Below, in pieces: positions 29,623 through 32,000 of a DNA stretch of 32,000 nt. A program made the position numbers and the translations under genes. The first letter of the stretch is position 1; every line of letters starts with the position of its first letter. The notes under the pieces were generated by a model. That model saw only the letters and a program-made list of their open reading frames with translations, ran no database searches and was not told where the DNA came from. The DNA comes from Aeropyrum pernix K1 (lineage in GTDB: Archaea; Thermoproteota; Thermoprotei_A; Sulfolobales; Acidilobaceae), in assembly GCF_000011125.1 (NCBI RefSeq), contig NC_000854.2, positions 390,001-422,000 on the forward strand, given 5' to 3'.

Positions 29623-32000
29623 CTAGAAGTACTCCTCCTCCTCCAGGAGCCTCCGGGCTATCCTCTCCCTCACCCTGTAGAGACCCACAGCGAGTAGGGC
29701 GAGCCCTGTGAAGCCCACCGCTATTGGCCCGTACCTCTGGAGTAGCACCATGGGGCCGGGCTGGAGGGTTATGGTTAGGGTTGTGGACTGGGGTATCTGT
29801 ATGGTTCCTGTGGACTCCCTGTACCCGGGCTTCTCAGCCTCCAGAATGTAGAGGCCGTAGGGGGCCTGGAACGTGAAGACGCCGCTGGCGTCGGTGAGGC
29901 CTGAGGCGACCTCGACCCCCTCCTCGGACAGCACCCTCACCAGGGCCCCCTGCTGGGGGGTCCCCCTGTCGTCGACCACTAGTATTGTGGCGCTGTACAT
30001 TATGGGGCTTATCCTGAGCTCCACTTTCCCGGGCTCGTCGACGGTGAAGGTGAATGTCGTGTCCACCCTGTAGAAGGACTGGCCGGCCTCGGGGGTTAGC
30101 CTGGCCTGGTAGGTCCCCGGCGGGAGGGAGAGGAGGGCTTTACCCCTGACCACGGTCTCCACGCTATAGCCGAACCCCCCTTCGGGGGCCTGCCTCTCCA
30201 GCTCGACGATGTAGGGGAACCCTATCGGCTCGCCGGTTAGGGCGTCGAGGAGCCAGAGCTCCACGGTGAACCTCCTGTACTCTACCGTTAGTACGCCGGG
30301 GAGGAGCGCGCCCTCCTGGGTCACGGTCAGCCTGAGCTGCGTGTCTGTTAGGAGCGTGTTCTCCTCGAGAATTTTAACCTCGGCTATGTAGCTTCCAGGC
30401 CTGACGCCCTCAAGCCTCAGTATAGGGCCCTCGCCCCGGGCCCTCAGCTCGAGGGGGAGGCTGGTATGTCTAAGGATAAGCTCCACCTCCTCCTCAACTG
30501 GGTTGCCGTCTGGATCCGCAAGCCTTATAGCCACCCCGAACACTATGGGCTCCATCTCGACCTCCAGACTAGCGTCCCCCCAGATTTCCAGCGTTGTGCT
30601 CGCGGGCTTGAAGCCCAGTGCCCTCACCTCCAGGGTCGCCAGCCCGGGGGGCAGCTGGAGCACCGCCTCCCCGCCTATCCCCTCAACCTCGCCCTCCAGC
30701 TCGCCGAAGGGGCCCGAGTATATGTAGGCTACCGAGAACTCGGGGAGCCTAACTGAGAACTCCTTGTCGACAGCAGCTATCTTGACAGCGGCGAGCGGCG
30801 GCTTCAAAACCACCTCAACGCCGCCACCCTCCTCCGGCACCACTATGCTGCCCGCGTCAACCGCCACCTCAACACCGGCTATCGAAACCCTGTACTCGGC
30901 CCTGTAGACGCCGGGCCTGAGCCTGGCCTCGCCGCCGCCCTGGCTTATCTCAACCTCGAAAGGCCTCTCCTCCTCTATGGAAGCGTGGTCCAGGTAGAGG
31001 GCGCCCCATAGCACCGGCACCCTAGACCCGCCGACATCTGCTGAAACTGTGAACGCGACGTCCACCTTGAGAGGCTCTATGGGGATGTAGACTGTCCCGG
31101 GGGAGCTTATGGCGGCCTCAACGGTGGACCCCGGGTAGCCCTCGGCTGACACCTCCAGCGTGTAGACGCCCTCGGGCAGCACCGCTCTCTCGGGCAGCGT
31201 GAACTCCAGGGGCTCCTCTAAGGTAACGCCGTTGAACGCTATTAGAACTGCCCTGGCACCCTCTATCACCCCCCTCTCAACGCCGAGGTCCTGGTCGTAG
31301 CCCACGAGGTCGACGGTGTAGGCCTTAGGCTTTATCGATATAGACACTGCAGTCGTCTCCTCCCCTATGAATGCTCTCGAGCCGCTTACGGAGCTGCCTG
31401 CAGCGGCCTCTATTATGTACGAGCCGGCCCTCACGCTGGCCACTGCTGAGCCCGTTTCGTCGGCAACCACGGAAACAGGGTCCACTCCCAGGGCTTCTAG
31501 CACGGGGTCGTCGGGCCTCAGGGTCACCGAGGCCAGCCCGGCGGGGGATGGTGGGAGATCCACTTTCGAGGAGCCTATTATAGCGGTGGAGTGGGAATAG
31601 TAGACGTTAACCTCCACCTCCACTACCACAGGGTCGAGCGTTATTGTTGCGAAAACCCTGTCCTGCGCCAGAGTCAGGCTGTACAGGCTCGGCCTATAGT
31701 AGCCGGGCAGCTCGGCCTCGAGGGTGTAGCTGCCGAAGGGCAGCCTTACCAGGGCTGTGCCCCCCTCCACCTGGAGGGTCTTCTGGGATGACTGGCTGTA
31801 CCCGTGCCACGTTATCCTGAGTAGGGCTGAGGGGAGCTCGACGCCCAGGTCCGAGTCGAGCAGGGCTACCTCTAGCTCGCCGTAGATAGGCTTCAAGCCG
31901 AGTTTAACCTGGACACCGCTCCGGCTAGCCTTGAAAAGGTCTATCTCAAGCCTGGCGCCCTCAGTGTAGGGGTGTGTGACGGTGATCTCGTAAACGCCGG
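29623..32000 (-). CDS. Surface protein built from at least 9 Ig-like (carboxypeptidase-regulatory-domain-like) repeats with a C-terminal TM anchor; the 5' end lies beyond the right edge
   Basis: The ORF track starts at TTG 31896, but my translation shows the frame stays open to position 32000 (GVYEITVTHPYTEGARLEIDLFKASRSGVQVKLG-LKPIYGEL...). The recurring motif is G-x-Y-x-[LIA]-E-x(4,5)-GY: GSYTLEAELPGY, GVYTLEVSAEGY, GLYILEAEKPGY and others. The C-terminus has the anchor IAVGFTGLALLAVGLY followed by RVRERIARRLLEEEEYF. Confidence 0.82.
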   Translation of the reverse strand, partial: GVYEITVTHPYTEGARLEIDLFKASRSGVQVKLGLKPIYGELEVALLDSDLGVELPSALLRITWHGYSQSSQKTLQVEGGTALVRLPFGSYTLEAELPGYYRPSLYSLTLAQDRVFATITLDPVVVEVEVNVYYSHSTAIIGSSKVDLPPSPAGLASVTLRPDDPVLEALGVDPVSVVADETGSAVASVRAGSYIIEAAAGSSVSGSRAFIGEETTAVSISIKPKAYTVDLVGYDQDLGVERGVIEGARAVLIAFNGVTLEEPLEFTLPERAVLPEGVYTLEVSAEGYPGSTVEAAISSPGTVYIPIEPLKVDVAFTVSADVGGSRVPVLWGALYLDHASIEEERPFEVEISQGGGEARLRPGVYRAEYRVSIAGVEVAVDAGSIVVPEEGGGVEVVLKPPLAAVKIAAVDKEFSVRLPEFSVAYIYSGPFGELEGEVEGIGGEAVLQLPPGLATLEVRALGFKPASTTLEIWGDASLEVEMEPIVFGVAIRLADPDGNPVEEEVELILRHTSLPLELRARGEGPILRLEGVRPGSYIAEVKILEENTLLTDTQLRLTVTQEGALLPGVLTVEYRRFTVELWLLDALTGEPIGFPYIVELERQAPEGGFGYSVETVVRGKALLSLPPGTYQARLTPEAGQSFYRVDTTFTFTVDEPGKVELRISPIMYSATILVVDDRGTPQQGALVRVLSEEGVEVASGLTDASGVFTFQAPYGLYILEAEKPGYRESTGTIQIPQSTTLTITLQPGPMVLLQRYGPIAVGFTGLALLAVGLYRVRERIARRLLEEEEYF

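Noticed and set aside
26581-29711. Overlapping ORFs in alternative frames (26581..27036, 26697..27335, 26970..27317, 28227..28640, 28388..28988 and others)
   Set aside because: These are Pro/Arg/Gly-rich shadow frames of the 545-aa and 420-aa genes in very GC-rich DNA. The long frames with signal peptides and anchors explain the region.

Overview
The window is a visibly GC-rich archaeal chromosome segment. Several signals suggest a hyperthermophilic crenarchaeon of the Desulfurococcales, possibly Aeropyrum-like: AGG/ATA/CTC-rich codon usage, TATA-box and oligo-T signals, Shine-Dalgarno sequences matching GAUCACCUCC, and an intron-containing tRNA. That assignment is inference only, because no search was possible.

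Layout from left to right:
(1) 1-3205, minus strand: the entry operon of the shikimate pathway. It holds a split transketolase (N and C subunits), DAHP synthase, and 3-dehydroquinate synthase running off the left edge.
(2) 3438-7515: a 912-aa secreted, membrane-anchored protein and a crotonase.
(3) 7.7-12.4 kb: a loosely packed stretch with AT-rich spacers. It contains two paralogous Met/Gly/His-rich extracytoplasmic proteins, a Met/Cys-rich small membrane protein, a polytopic membrane protein, a wHTH regulator and an SQR/NDH-2-type flavoprotein. Two perfect palindromes sit in its promoters. The stretch ends at the 3' end of tRNA-Asn.
(4) A tRNA-Trp, small CDS, tRNA-Asn array on the minus strand. 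tRNA-Trp has a 37-nt intron at a non-canonical position.
(5) HAD and Nudix genes, then a TRASH-like zinc ribbon translationally coupled to a fused MoaD-MoaE.
(6) An operon with a fused RHH-UPF0175-PIN-like protein and two VWA genes. The two VWA reading frames are separated only by a G7 homopolymer.
(7) The right-hand 14.6 kb encodes only cell-surface proteins: a 1331-aa pyrolysin/STABLE-like S8 protease, a 1554-aa tetrabrachion-like stalk protein, a 545-aa protein with a pilin-type (class III) signal peptide, a 420-aa anchored protein, and an Ig-like-repeat protein of more than 790 aa that runs off the right edge.

No rRNA, CRISPR array, transposase or integrase was seen. All family assignments are motif recognition by eye. 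Start codons are uncertain because the ORF track uses ATG, GTG and TTG.
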